Source: Mizuhopecten yessoensis (lineage: Eukaryota). Taken from it: a DNA stretch of 64,000 nucleotides. Shown here piece by piece: positions 37,405 to 49,488 of this stretch. The stretch covers positions 1,373,774-1,437,773 of the forward strand of contig NW_018408915.1 in the NCBI RefSeq assembly GCF_002113885.1, read 5' to 3'. The position numbers and the translations under genes were made by a program. The notes beneath the pieces are model-generated. The model searched no databases and had not been told where the DNA came from. It saw nothing but the letters and a program-made list of their open reading frames with translations. Position 1 is the stretch's first letter, and each line of letters begins with the position of its first letter.

Positions 37405-39063
37405 AGTTTATAATGCTCTAGGAAAGTAGCTACACTTCCCATAAAAGTATCATACTTTAATACACATATAATGCACATTTTAGGAAAAGTATAGCTATGA
37501 TTTTGTTTTCCTTCGTTCAGGACTGTTGATGACCTAAATTTCGCGGGCGCTTCATTTCGCGAACTAATTCGTAATTTACAGAATTGACGTTTTCGTACGG
37601 ATTTACAAAGGAAAAGCATTCGTAATATTATATTCTTAATTGACCTTTTCATATACATTTACGATTCGTAATTTCTTGAATTACCTTTTTCGAATACATT
37701 GACAAGGACAATAGCTCGTCATTTCGCAAGCTGACTTCTTTGTAACTATTTACAAAGACCTTCACAAGAAGTTCACTCAGCATTTATGTCGTACTTGACC
37801 TAAGTACTTGTTTGCGTGATACTGGAATGTGCGATCGATGCTTATCGCAAGCTAACAGAAATGCATGCAACAAAGATTGAAAAACCCCTGAAGCTGGTAA
37901 TTCTGTCATGGCAACAAATACATGCAGCACATTATTTTTTTTTAAAGAAATGCTGGTAATAGCAAAGTCATTCGTAAGGTCGATTTTTTTTTTTTAAATG
38001 TGGTATCAATTGATTAAATCACCCACGAAACGAGGGCATCTATTTTCGCACGACATTCACAGAATATTTTGGTCATTAAGTCTATATTGAACACAACTGC
38101 TATGCTATCTAGTTCAAGTTCCATTTCGGGAGATTTCATACAACACGATTTTGGCAACAATTTATTACAAGTACACTGTACTCGTTTTCATTACAAACCA
38201 ATATTGGCTATAGTGATTGCACTGCGGAATAGTCCACTCACTAACGAAAGGTTTCTGCCAGTGGTGATAAGACTTTGTTCCAGGGCATTGTCGAGATAAT
38301 GTAATATTTAGGATGGGCGCCGTTCTCAATCGGCCGGCGTGCTTGGGAACTGACTATGATAAAGAACAATTTAGAGTTATCTGAAAACGCCCACGGCAAA
38401 ACCATCCTTCTATGACAAGTATCTGTGATTGTAATTATGTAACACAGCATTCAAATTTCAGATAAAAGGACGATTTTTAGCTAAATGAACACAGCTTGGG
38501 GAAATCTGTACACCGTATATCTGTCAAAGTTGATAAAACACACGTTTAATGATAACTTACCTTGAGGACATTTCGGTATTCGTACAGTATACATGTTTAA
38601 ATGAATGTGAATGGTCTTTTGAATGAGTTACATCGTAATAAAGTATGAACTTTTTTTTAAATCACGTGATAACGCGATAACAATGGAACTTGTACTTGCA
38701 AAATAAAGCTCCAAAAGTCAATGCCTCAGCATTTTTGTCCATCTATGCAAATAAATATCAACTTTAATAGCAACACATGTGTGTGCTCTGTGTGCTTCGA
38801 GATTGTGACCATGCTAAATAGAGATACATTTTGTAGGAAAGATAATTAGAGAGAGAAACGGTCTACGTGTCTGAGTTTCAAAAGGACACTTTCTCGGATT
38901 TGACGAAAAATAACATTAGGCCTACAGGTGCCACATGAGAAGCCGGGAAACGCTTCCTGGTTCCGTTTCCAAATCTTTTGGCCTATAATTTTTCTTTTAC
39001 TGTCGGGGTCTTCTTAGTTACATTTGTTGTCTAATTGTTTCGTCTTTTATTGAAATACTGTAC

Positions 39064-39109
39064 TTGTTATCCTTCGCTTTCACCGAAACGGGGGATATCA
39101 ATTTGGGTT

Positions 39110-39141
<32 letters not shown>

Positions 39142-39366
39142 ACGGATCGTTTCCGTGCAATAACTACAACAAATGTTAACCGATTTTCTTCAAACTTAGT
39201 AAAAGGGTTAAATGCCTTAAAGGCTCGGCCAAGTGCGATTACCTCTTTCAGCGACCCCATTTGGAGGAGTTATGGCCCCTTGAATAATGAAAAACGTCAT
39301 TATCTGCCGTTTCTGTTCATTAAATCTCGCATATACTATCCGATTGTCTTCAAACTGAGTTACTGA
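39064..39366 (+). mobile_element. pearl-like element with (GTCT)n microsatellite, 3'-truncated
   Basis: 5' hairpin TATCCTTCG...CGGGGGATA, (GTCT)n at ~39110-39140, core-repeat motif CCGATT.TCTTCAAACT twice. Confidence 0.75.
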
Positions 39367-39603
39367 GTTCCAGTCTACTCAGCTGCAAATGGGTACGTGG
39401 TTGGACAATGCTATAATTGCAGAATGCTAGCTGTGAGCGCCGAAATGGCAGCACCGGCTGTATGCTCCCCAGGGAGTTGAGAAAGATATTGGCTGGTTGC
39501 AAAGGCCCTATAACCACGGATAATAATTTGTGAACCGCTTTGAGACGACCTACGAACTAGGTTGTAATAAAGCGGTATATAAGCACCTCGAATTATTATT
39601 ATT
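39367..39603 (+). mobile_element. Head-truncated SINE with Meta/Deu-type central domain and L2-like 3' tail
   Basis: CCAGTCTACTCAGCTGCAAATGGGTAC, GGCTGTATGCTCCCCAGGGAGTTGAG, tail TGTGAACCGCTTTGAGAC...ATAAAGCGGTATATAAG and (ATT)n. Confidence 0.75.
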
Positions 39604-39894
39604 ACTTTATTATTAATGATTGTTTTCGTTATTTTGATTGTTTTCTCTGCATTGGTTTTTTCCCTGCGCCTCCTTTACTAACGTCCCATTTCATATTGTT
39701 TTTGAAGTCTTTATCTATTTAATATCTCCAAACAACTTTAAACACCAGAACCCACCAGCTAATGTGATAGGAAAGTGTTGCAAGCTTTCATAGTAACCTG
39801 AATAGATAATGAAAATCAAATTGAATTGATTTATCTAGAAAAACTGAGTATTGTTCATATACAGACGACATACGCCGCTTGATTAAAGCGCCGA

Positions 39895-40084
39895 TATTCC
39901 GTCTTTGCGTATTGCAGAGTTATCTTCTCTTGGGAGCAGGTATTGATTGTTACGTCACTTGTTTGTGAGAGTAACGTCATCTATTTTTGAGAGAACTACG
40001 TAATTTTCTCACACAAACCAATGAGGTAACAATCAATACCTGCTCCCGAGAGAAGATAACTCTGCAATACGCAATGACGGAATA
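39895..40084. mobile_element. 190-bp fold-back MITE (copy 2)
   Basis: Same length and same ends as 16287-16476, high identity. Confidence 0.92.
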
Positions 40085-40729
40085 AGCTATAGTTTAATGT
40101 TTGGTTTTCATTGTAAAAATACAATGACGAAATTTCATTATGTTGAATAATTTTTAATTGGTTATGGATTCAAAACAAGCATTGGAAAATAAAACTGAGT
40201 CGTACATAACTTCTGAACATTTATTTTGTATGGAAATATTCATGTAAACCTCTGTCTAAAATAGAAAACAACAAGAATGTATACATGTATATCTTTACAT
40301 ATATTTGTGTAATATCAAACACATTCAGATTTTTTTTTAAATACGAAAATATGATTTTTTTGTTTTAAAAATATTTTTACATTCATTTTTCAGTTTTATT
40401 ATTTAATACTTATAGAAAATATAGGGTCGCCTGATCATCTACTATCACTAGAGATATGGTCAACTAAAACAACCAAAATACAATTAAGCAAAATTACTGA
40501 TTTTGAAAAGTAAACTACGTTTGAAAATAACGAAGAATAAACTTTGTTTAATAAATGACTGTTACATGTACATCCAATAAAACACTGTTTTTACAATTTA
40601 GCTATTACGTCATTCTTGGTAAAAGAGATAGTCTTAAAAACTAAATGTCTATCAGTAGACGAACATGTACGTATTAAGCACGCTGATGCTAAAATCTGTT
40701 TAAGATTTCAATGGAATGTGATATTAATT

Positions 40730-41040
40730 GGGTAGCCCCCGCACCATCCCATTACAGGTGGTGGGAGGGAGTTCGTTAGAGGGAACTCCCACGCGACCTC
40801 GAGTGACATCGACCTCCGTTACTGTCATAGCTCCTCGAAAGGGGGATGAGGAGGTGAGGTCATTCAATCCCATCTTTGTCATATGAGTAGCTAGCCTACC
40901 TGTTCTCACCTGGGAGTAGCTCCTTTAACGATACTACCAGAAGGGTATCTCTTACCTGACTCGATAGCTCAACAGTACTTGGGTCACCCGGTACATACCG
41001 TACGCAGTGGATGTACCGCCAATCTCTCGTCACTATCTGA
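40730..41040 (+). other. GC-rich island with dense RNA-like secondary structure, unknown family
   Basis: Consecutive stems (GGGAGTTC/GAACTCCC, GAGTGAC/GTCATTC enclosing ACCTCC/GGAGGT and a GAAA tetraloop, CGGTACAT/ATGTACCG) in a >50% GC block embedded in AT-rich DNA. Confidence 0.5.
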
Positions 41041-43034
41041 CAAATTAGCACCATATTGAAAAAGGCTTTGCAATGCAGGTATTGATAGACAGTTTGAACT
41101 TTTGCTAAGTGGTATGGACCAAAGACAAAACAAAATATCATGTGTGACGTCAAATTTATAATGAATATAAATTACAAAACACACAGTGGAACAGTTTCGA
41201 GGGGTTCTGAGTCATAAATGCATATCGCGTTTTAACGCTTTGACAATAGGATTGCATTTCCAGAACTTGGGAATATAAACTAGGAGTATCGTTGAACCTG
41301 TCAAGGCAACAACTGTGACATAAAAGGTCAGGTCACATGGGACAAGCACGTACCGGTACGTGCCCACCCAACACAACGTGTAACATCAGTACTGGACACC
41401 GTTGATATTAATACTGCTATATCTGTCTACCATATCTTTCTATCATGCTCACTCTTTGGGATTCACATATATTACTATTTTCAGAAAAAAAATATTCGGG
41501 GTAAAATATCCGGAAATCCATACTTGTTAAAACGTATCAGTTATTTCTTTATTAACTATAAAAAAAAGTTTGTTTTTTCTTTTTCTTTTTCCCCATATTG
41601 GTTTTTTAAGCATTTCCTTCATTCTCCGAATTCGAAAGTTCCATCATAAAACCGTTGCTAAACATATTGATTGAATGATTGTCGATATAACAAGATTGTA
41701 TTTTTTTTTTTTTTCGGATAAGCAAAATGTGTCTGAGCAATGTCTATATAACGATATTATTGTCTTTAGCAGCTATTTTACGTAGGTTAACGTTTTACAT
41801 TAGAAGCCATATGGGTTCCAATTATCAGCATTGATGGATGCGACAAGTGTTTCAGGAATTGCGTACCCTGCCAAAGCAAAAGTAGTTTTATGTAGAAGTT
41901 TGTGTTGATGTTTCCGTTTCGTTTTGCGTCCTGTTTTCTTGCTTTTTATGTCTTGTATACACTCTTTTACTTATAAATTTGTCTTGGTGTTTTGACACTT
42001 CGGGTTTTTCTTGTCCATTTTATTTTATGTACTGATATATATGGTTGATGAATGTATCAAATAATTTAACACTTGTCCCCGTTTTCCTCAAGGATCTTCA
42101 TATAAATGTGTCTCTTGTTCGTGTTCTGCGCTTGTTTCATCTACAAATGCTTGTTTCATCTACACATTTAGTTAGAATTTCGGTTTTGATCACATATTTG
42201 TCATTTCTTTTTCTTTTATTTAACTTTTAATGTGCGCCTGTAAGACTTTTAATAGGAATCTCTATGTTCTACAGACACGTGGTCGCACTTTAAGACCTCC
42301 CATTCACTCTGACTCACGGCGAAGATGCCAACGGCCAACAAATAGCGATTAGACGTACCGATAGTAGAAATCACACGAGGTGCTACCTAAAGACATAGAT
42401 TGCTATATTAATGAGAAATGCACGTTTTGGATCTTTTTTTTCCACCACCGGCCACAAAGTGGGGCGACTTAGACGTCATTCAGTAGAACAATTTCATATT
42501 CATTAATCTCTTGAAAAAGGATTGCGTTGACCTCAATGAACTGAAAATCATATTTAAACAATCTGTCACTACGCAATAGGTAAAGGGATGTATGCAGCGA
42601 ATATATCGTACCGGTGCTGTTAAAGGGATATTAACACACAGATGAAGTGTCCAGTAAGTTCTTTGATCGATCAAGAAGGATTTTCTTAAACATCTTGTCA
42701 GTGCGTGTGGCATAACGAACAAGCATCAAAGACATAACAAAATGCTGAATACCCATTTTCCCCTCCCCCATTTACTTACACAACTTCGCTTATACCTCAA
42801 GGACACGATCAGTTTTCAGAGTTACCGACATAGATACTGAACTCTTTTTACTCGTATATCTTATACTTTAATGTTAATGTGAAGTGCTGTGATTTGCCTA
42901 TTAGTTTTAAAATGTCATGATGCTAAATGTATATATATGTTAAGTACATTTCTTTCTCAGTTGAATTCATTTAATTAATTATGTATCTATGTGTTATTTA
43001 CAATGTATTTATCTATTTATTTTTAAGTAAGTTA

Positions 43035-43224
43035 ACTAGCCCTCCAACGCTGGGTCGCGGGTTCGAGACCTACGTGGGGCAGTCGCCAGGTACTGGCCGT
43101 AGCGCTATACATCATAAATATTTCTCCGGGAACTCCAGCTTTCCTCCATCATCAAAATCTGGCACGTCCTTAAATGACCATAGCTGCTAATAGGACGTAA
43201 AACACTAACAAAAACACCAAACCA
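43035..43224 (+). mobile_element. V-SINE family A, 5'-truncated
   Basis: CTGGGTCGCGGGTTCGAGACCTACGTGGGGCAGTCGCCAGG...AATAGGACGTAAAAC. Confidence 0.85.
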
Positions 43225-45161
43225 ACTACGTTAAATATATATAACGTCTATGCAAATTGATGTTTTGTTTCAATAACACCAAGAAATATGTCAATGAATG
43301 TCATCGGTCGAACATTTGATGAAAAACATTTCTTTATTTTCAACTTATAAATTGTTGAAGACATCTTCTATCTATAATGCACAAAATATTTTACGGATGT
43401 TAATATGACATTATATTTACCTGTTCACTAGAGTTTGACTTTCGCCCTTTTCGCCGAACGTATAGTTAAGGCGAATTAATCATTACAGCGAAAATTTACA
43501 TACAGCCTAAGGCGCTCAGCATAAAGAGAAGGGCAAAATCAGCAGAAGGTAAAATGTATTTCATCGGTGAGGTGCGAATATTTCACTGGGGGGAAATAAA
43601 TCTGATCTGCTTCGTTTTTGTTTTTACAAAACGACCAGTTTTTGCTGCGGATATGCTCATAGATTTGAAATTTAAGCACACGTGGTTTTTGCTGTATAGC
43701 AATTATCTACCAAAAAATCTAAATTTGATCTGCAGTTGTTAGCTTGTTGATGTGTTCGAGATCATAATATCTATCATTATTGCCTATGGAAAAGCAAACG
43801 TCTTATCATAAATGTCACTGCATGAATTGGTCTACCCCAAATAATTAATGACACATTCACTCTATGCGCGGGTCATTAATTAATGATACGGAAAATTTCA
43901 GAAAAGGCACATTTTGCAGATTAACAGACAAGGCAAACATATAATACTGTTTACCCAGTATCATTTACATTTCATAAATGAGTTGTGTAGACATATGTTT
44001 GCATGTGTCTCTTTCTTAAAACGTTTCATTTCTTTTTTTCGTATGTGAAGAAAAAAAACAGGGACGCGTAATGTATATGGAAAATCAAAAACACAATAAT
44101 TTGACATGCAACAAACACATGGGAAGACATTAAAAAAAGGTCCATACACAGAATCGAATGTAAGTTCTCCTTGTTTCGAAAATGTACACGTTCATTATAT
44201 CATTTGATGCAGTGGTATGATTGTGAATGTACGTGTTCTTTTGGTTTAAGTGACACAGTCCCTTAAGTTCTTAACAAAAATATCAGATGATATGACGTCA
44301 TGATGAGGTCAGTCTCGTCTTATCTCACCGTGACACGGGATGAAGCCCTTTGACTTGGAGATTCAACACCCAGGAAAACAGCATGTTGTCACCTAATCAT
44401 GTTTAACACATTGGACTTGAAAGAGCAAATGAAGATTTTGTTTCGCGATTGGGTAACGTTTCTACTCCGGGCGCCAAATAGACGACAACATACGTCATCA
44501 GCGCACACAGTGGGTCGAGTTTCCGATGGAAACGTCTTTGGAATCTCATTGAACTCCGTCCAATTCCCAAGTCATCAGTTCCGTAAGAAATGAAATAACA
44601 GTTATATAGAAGTATTCCTAGAGATGTATCACTTCATTCCTAGCGATTACAGCCATGCTTGATCTGAGCTTTAACATAGCGTTTTTTTCTTAAAGTGAAG
44701 TCTTTTGAGTGCTGAAGAAATGGTACTGGTATGCGTTCTTAATGATGCAACAAATACTTCTTTTAGATACGTTGCTTTTGCATTTATTCGTTTAAGATCT
44801 ATCTGTTTCACCATGAAATGATACGCGTGCCTACTGTGCGCTTATAGTGGGTCATTTGTATTGAAATATGCTCGACATTTAAATATACGAACTCAAGATA
44901 TATGTTCAACACAGAGTATCAACGATAAAAATGTAATCCATCATTCTGTTATTAAAAGAGAATTGCCGATTTTGATGTGTTGCACTAGATTAAGGTTCCT
45001 CGTACCAAAGCCAAAAACTGTCACTCAACATCGGAAAGTGTTTCCGGCAAAATGACAGCTTTGATAAATCATATCTGAAAAGAAAACCATACCTTCATGA
45101 GAAATATTAAAGATAAAATTAACAAAAATTAAATTAAAAAAATAGTGTTCTGGGTGTAAAA

Positions 45162-45315
45162 TGTAAGGGGGTAGACCATACTCGAACCTAGGACTTCGGA
45201 TTCTTATACTACCGCTCTAACCGATTGAGCTACCTCGTCAACGGAAGTATTTTGGCCAAACTGTGCTACAGTTAATTCCAAACGGAGTTAAGGGGAGGTT
45301 ACTGTATATAGGAAA
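45162..45315 (-). mobile_element. tRNA-like repeat with conserved upstream leader (homolog of 5633-5772)
   Basis: Minus strand GGTAGCTCAATCGGTTAGAGCG (A box) ... AGGTTCGAGT (B box); ~80-nt upstream region shared with the 5633 copy. Confidence 0.72.
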
Positions 45316-45565
45316 TAACCACAGATCAATGGGACAGGGATCCTTAAGTTACACATATACTAGTATATAGTTCAACCGCTTGTGTTTCTCTATACAGACA
45401 ATGAAAAATAAATTGTTTCAGTTGTTTGTACTATTTTCTCTATATTCATAACAAATACAAGTTGCGTGCCTTTTTGAGAAAAGAATTTTCAGCAAATATC
45501 CCCGATATACACACAAATATGTATATTCTCTAATGAATGTTTAAATGTCTGAAATCACATTGAAT

Positions 45566-45809
45566 CTCGTGGTACCAGCTCTGTGTGTGATTCACGTGGT
45601 ACCAGCTCTGTGTGTAATTCACGTGGTACCAGCTCTGTGTGTGATTCACGTGGTACCAGCTCTGTGTGTGATTCACATGGTACAGCTCTGTGTGTGATTC
45701 ACATGGTACCAGCTCTGTGTGTGATTCACGTGGTACCAGCTCTGTTTGTGATTCACATGATACCAGCTCTGTGTGTGATTCACGTGGTACCAGCTCTGTG
45801 TGTGATTCA
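45566..45809. repeat. 27-bp minisatellite, ~9 copies
   Basis: Unit CACGTGGTACCAGCTCTGTGTGTGATT. Explains three repetitive spurious ORFs. Confidence 0.96.
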
Positions 45810-45825
45810 TGCAATACGATCTAAC

Positions 45826-46062
45826 TTTGGTTCGGTTTGTTTGTGTTTTACGTCCTATTAACAACTATATGGTCAATTAAGGGCAGGCCATGTTGTGGCG
45901 GTGGAGGAAGACCAGAGTACCGGGAGAAATAAAAACCCACCGACATTCGGCCAATACCTTCTGACTGTCCCACGTCGGCCTCGAACCCATGACCGTGTCG
46001 TGAATTGGGTGTGGTCGTAAACGGTACGTCAGACGACATACCCACTCGGCCACCGCGCCCCC
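45826..46062 (-). mobile_element. V-SINE family A-related, full length
   Basis: Forward ...CCACTCGGCCACCGCGCCCCC head, CTCGAACCC B box, GGAGGAAGACCAGAGTACCGGGAGAAA V-domain, GTTTTACGTCCTATTAAC tail. Confidence 0.85.
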
Positions 46063-46914
46063 TTCGGTATTACATAATACACATACAAACCGTATAATTT
46101 CGGTTAATCCAGACACTTCATACTGTTTATCATGTTAATTAGACGTGATGTAAATTTCCCAAATTTATTCAAAGTCAAATTTGATTTCCGTGTATATGTA
46201 TTTATATTGACGTTATCACGAAAGTGCGTGTTATGCGGTACGTGATGAAAAGTTCGCAAGCTAATTTTTCGCGATTTTGTAATCTCGTGGATTAATGAAA
46301 AAATAGATGTATATGCGAAAAATGCCTTTAAAACAGAATATCAAATGAGGTTTCATTAATCCTAACATATCCGGATAAACGAAGAAATGCTTTATCAAAA
46401 GTGATTGAATTCCGTTGCATGTGAAATAACCACGAACTGACTGCCCGTTGACTGTATATCTCTATGTTAAATACAGGTTTACATAAGTGTCTGTGACACT
46501 TGTTCCTATTTCCCTTTGTCTTTTCTGTTCATTGTAATAACATGCTTAAACTGAAATAAAAGAAAGTTTAAACTAAATACGCACAGGTACTTTATATAAT
46601 AACCTGCCGACATGGTACGAATCTGATAAACCAACAGCACTAAAACAATGAAAATGTTTGAGATCCCGGTACATCTAGATCGGTAAGCATGCAGCGTACA
46701 TTGGCTTCGTTCTATAATGTCGAGCCTGCCTCGTAATGTATTACAGCACGCAAATACAATATACAGGTTTGTGTGAACTAACGTCAGCGTTAAGGATATC
46801 CAATACTGGGGGAAATAAAAGTACGATAAACGCGTTGCGGAAGCATGCGAGTGTTATAGAGAGCATCTGTCTGTATACAAAAACACTTCAATATATTGTG
46901 TGCCTGGTTAATAT

Positions 46915-47355
46915 ACAGTGAAACCTCAATAGAATGGCTCTTGATTAGGAACAGTTAACCCTCGATATAATGCCACATCTGTACCAATAGTTAAACCTCG
47001 ATATACTAAAATGATATTTTTCACATATAGTTAAACGTCAATACAGTAAGTCCATTGTGTATATACAGAAAAAAACTCAGTTGTATGTTCCTCATTTACA
47101 TGCAAGACCTCGATATATCATCTCTCTATTTTATACTGTAAAACCTTAACAGAATGTCTCTAATTTACATTCAATGTGGACCTCGATATAATGCCATCGT
47201 TTATCTACCGTTAACTTTGCTATAATGCTACTCGTTACATGTATATACAGTTAGATGCCCATATATATGATGACGTCGTTAATCTAAACAGCAAACTTCA
47301 ATTTAACGCCCTTCGTGACATGTATACACAGAAAGACCTCGATATAATGCCATTC
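46915..47355 (+). repeat. Degenerate ~40-bp tandem array of a CAGT.AAACCTCGATATAATGCC motif
   Basis: About 11 units; the motif resembles the TIR of the MITE at 63070. Confidence 0.65.
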
Positions 47356-49223
47356 TGTTCATTGTCATCATGCTCATAGCTACCGTCTTCCGAGGTTTCC
47401 CGTTTTTTAAATTATAAACGCCTTTATGTATCAGAATTATATTAAATTCTATTGTGAATTCGTGACAGTATAAAGAGGTTTTAATTAAGTACTTTTCCAT
47501 TGTTATTATTATTTATCGACGTTTAGGAAAATGGGAAACACCTTTTTACAGTTAACAACATTATAGTTATGTATTAGCATAAGTATTGTTTTCTTGATTA
47601 CTTCTTTCCTTCACCAAAGTGTTTAAGTATTAAAATTAGTGATAAGATATTATAATTTTATAAGTTTGTCTTATACAACGAACGGTTTACAAAACATTAT
47701 GTTGCACAATTAGTGAAATCAACATTATATGTAAAATGGTAATCCATTGCATTTAAAAAAAAAAGTGAAATAAATCCTGCATATATATAATGCTTGTTAT
47801 ATGCGTACACTTTGATTTGCACGTACAGATAAATGTAGCGAGACCTACAGATAATGAGATCTGAATCTGTAGGCGCTGATGAGTTGTATGTTCAGGAACG
47901 ACCTTCCGAAAACCAAAACATTCATCTTCTTTACCTTAAATACCTAAAAACGAACATTAAAATCAAGTATATTTTCACAATTTACTTATTCTGAAAGCAA
48001 AACATACATGCTCTTGAATTAAAAACCATTTCCTTGACTTATATAAACAAACATACCTATTTTCCTGTCGTTTTTTTTTGTTTTGGAAAGATACATTTGC
48101 ATTTCTTATTTAACGTTGGATTGAGCTAAAGAAGCGTTAAAACACTAGGTCGAGGACGCTAACATCATTTTACTTAACCCAGAACTATAAAGCCGTTTAC
48201 GCCACTTTCCAGATGCTGACTTACCACTTGTTACGGTTCCGGTAAATAACCAAGTGTGTAATGTAAACAATGTATGATATTGTTTACCAAAGGGTACGAG
48301 TGTTTCTCTGTCAAAATGGCAACCTTAACTAAAGCGAGGATGTAGATTTAATATCGCAGGCGCCTGCTGCCTGTACGATAAGTACAGTATTAGATCATCG
48401 TGTGTTTTTTTGCATGAAGCTGCTTAAAAACAATTCATTTACAATAATAAAGCTAAAATGACGCCACACACTAGCAAGGCCCAGATGAATACAACGTAAA
48501 TTTGTTAGATATCGTTTAATATAGTTTCACAACTTACTTGATACATAATTCGCGTTTTGTTACTATGTCAATACGACAGTATATGTGACAGTTGTGTTTC
48601 CTGGTGTTATATGAATATCGGCGGTTTTGTTTTATGCCCTTTTATGTTCGTTGTGGTTTCGTTGTCACTACTTCGATTCTCCTTTCGAGAACGTTACACT
48701 ACAGACTTGTGACCTATACATGGACATCGCGGGTACTTACGCTCCCGGAAAGCATGGTCCTATCCTCCTGGTGTTCTTTCCAAAGACATCTGTTTAATGT
48801 GTCGCTAAACCAGCCATGCAGTTATTTCTTTCTCTCTTCACCAATGTGAATATACGCTGTATATACATTATATTACTAGTTGTGTGTAAGTAGCTATACA
48901 TATAATCATTGTATGGGGTATTGGTATTTTGTAATTTCATTAGCCAGCGCACGTATTTGATTGTAGTCATGTCGTGAACTTTTCGTAAATATTTCATATA
49001 AACACGTAAATGTTACATATACACTTGTATAAGATCTACAAGTCAACTGCGATATATTTCAGTTCAAAGAAAGATCAATAACAAAGCTTACACAACTAGC
49101 ACGTTTAGTGTTCATCAGACAACATTTAACATCTCTTTGGTCGTTAGTGACCTAGATTTGACGGGGACATCATATTGGATAGCACATATATCGCAAGGAA
49201 CGCTTATCCTTCCAGATCGCCTG

Positions 49224-49488
49224 GGCCCCGTATTCATGAAGCCGTTCTCGTGCTCAAGCATGGATTCTGTGCTCAAACCTACTTTCTTGCCGCTGGTTTA
49301 AAATCATGTTACACGGTCAAAGAGTCAAGTTTACACATAGAAAATGGTATTCAGCCAAAAGACTCTCAAGAATTCTTCCAGATCATTGAAAAAATGTAAG
49401 TTTTCATAAATTTATCACTTGAATAAGAAATTGGGCTTGAGCAGAAAATCAGACTTTGAGCATGGGAACGGTGTCTTGAATACGGGCC
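49224..49488. mobile_element. PIF/Harbinger-type MITE
   Basis: TIRs GGCCCCGTATTCATGA / TCTTGAATACGGGCC with extended imperfect arms; 3-bp TSD CTG at 49221-49223 and 49489-49491. Confidence 0.8.

Noticed and set aside
37885-37906. miR-216-like AGCTGGTAATTCTG
   Set aside because: The seed region does not match and there is no hairpin partner.
45530-45864. Repetitive ORFs (ESHTELVPR and similar)
   Set aside because: By-products of the 27-bp minisatellite, open in several frames on both strands.
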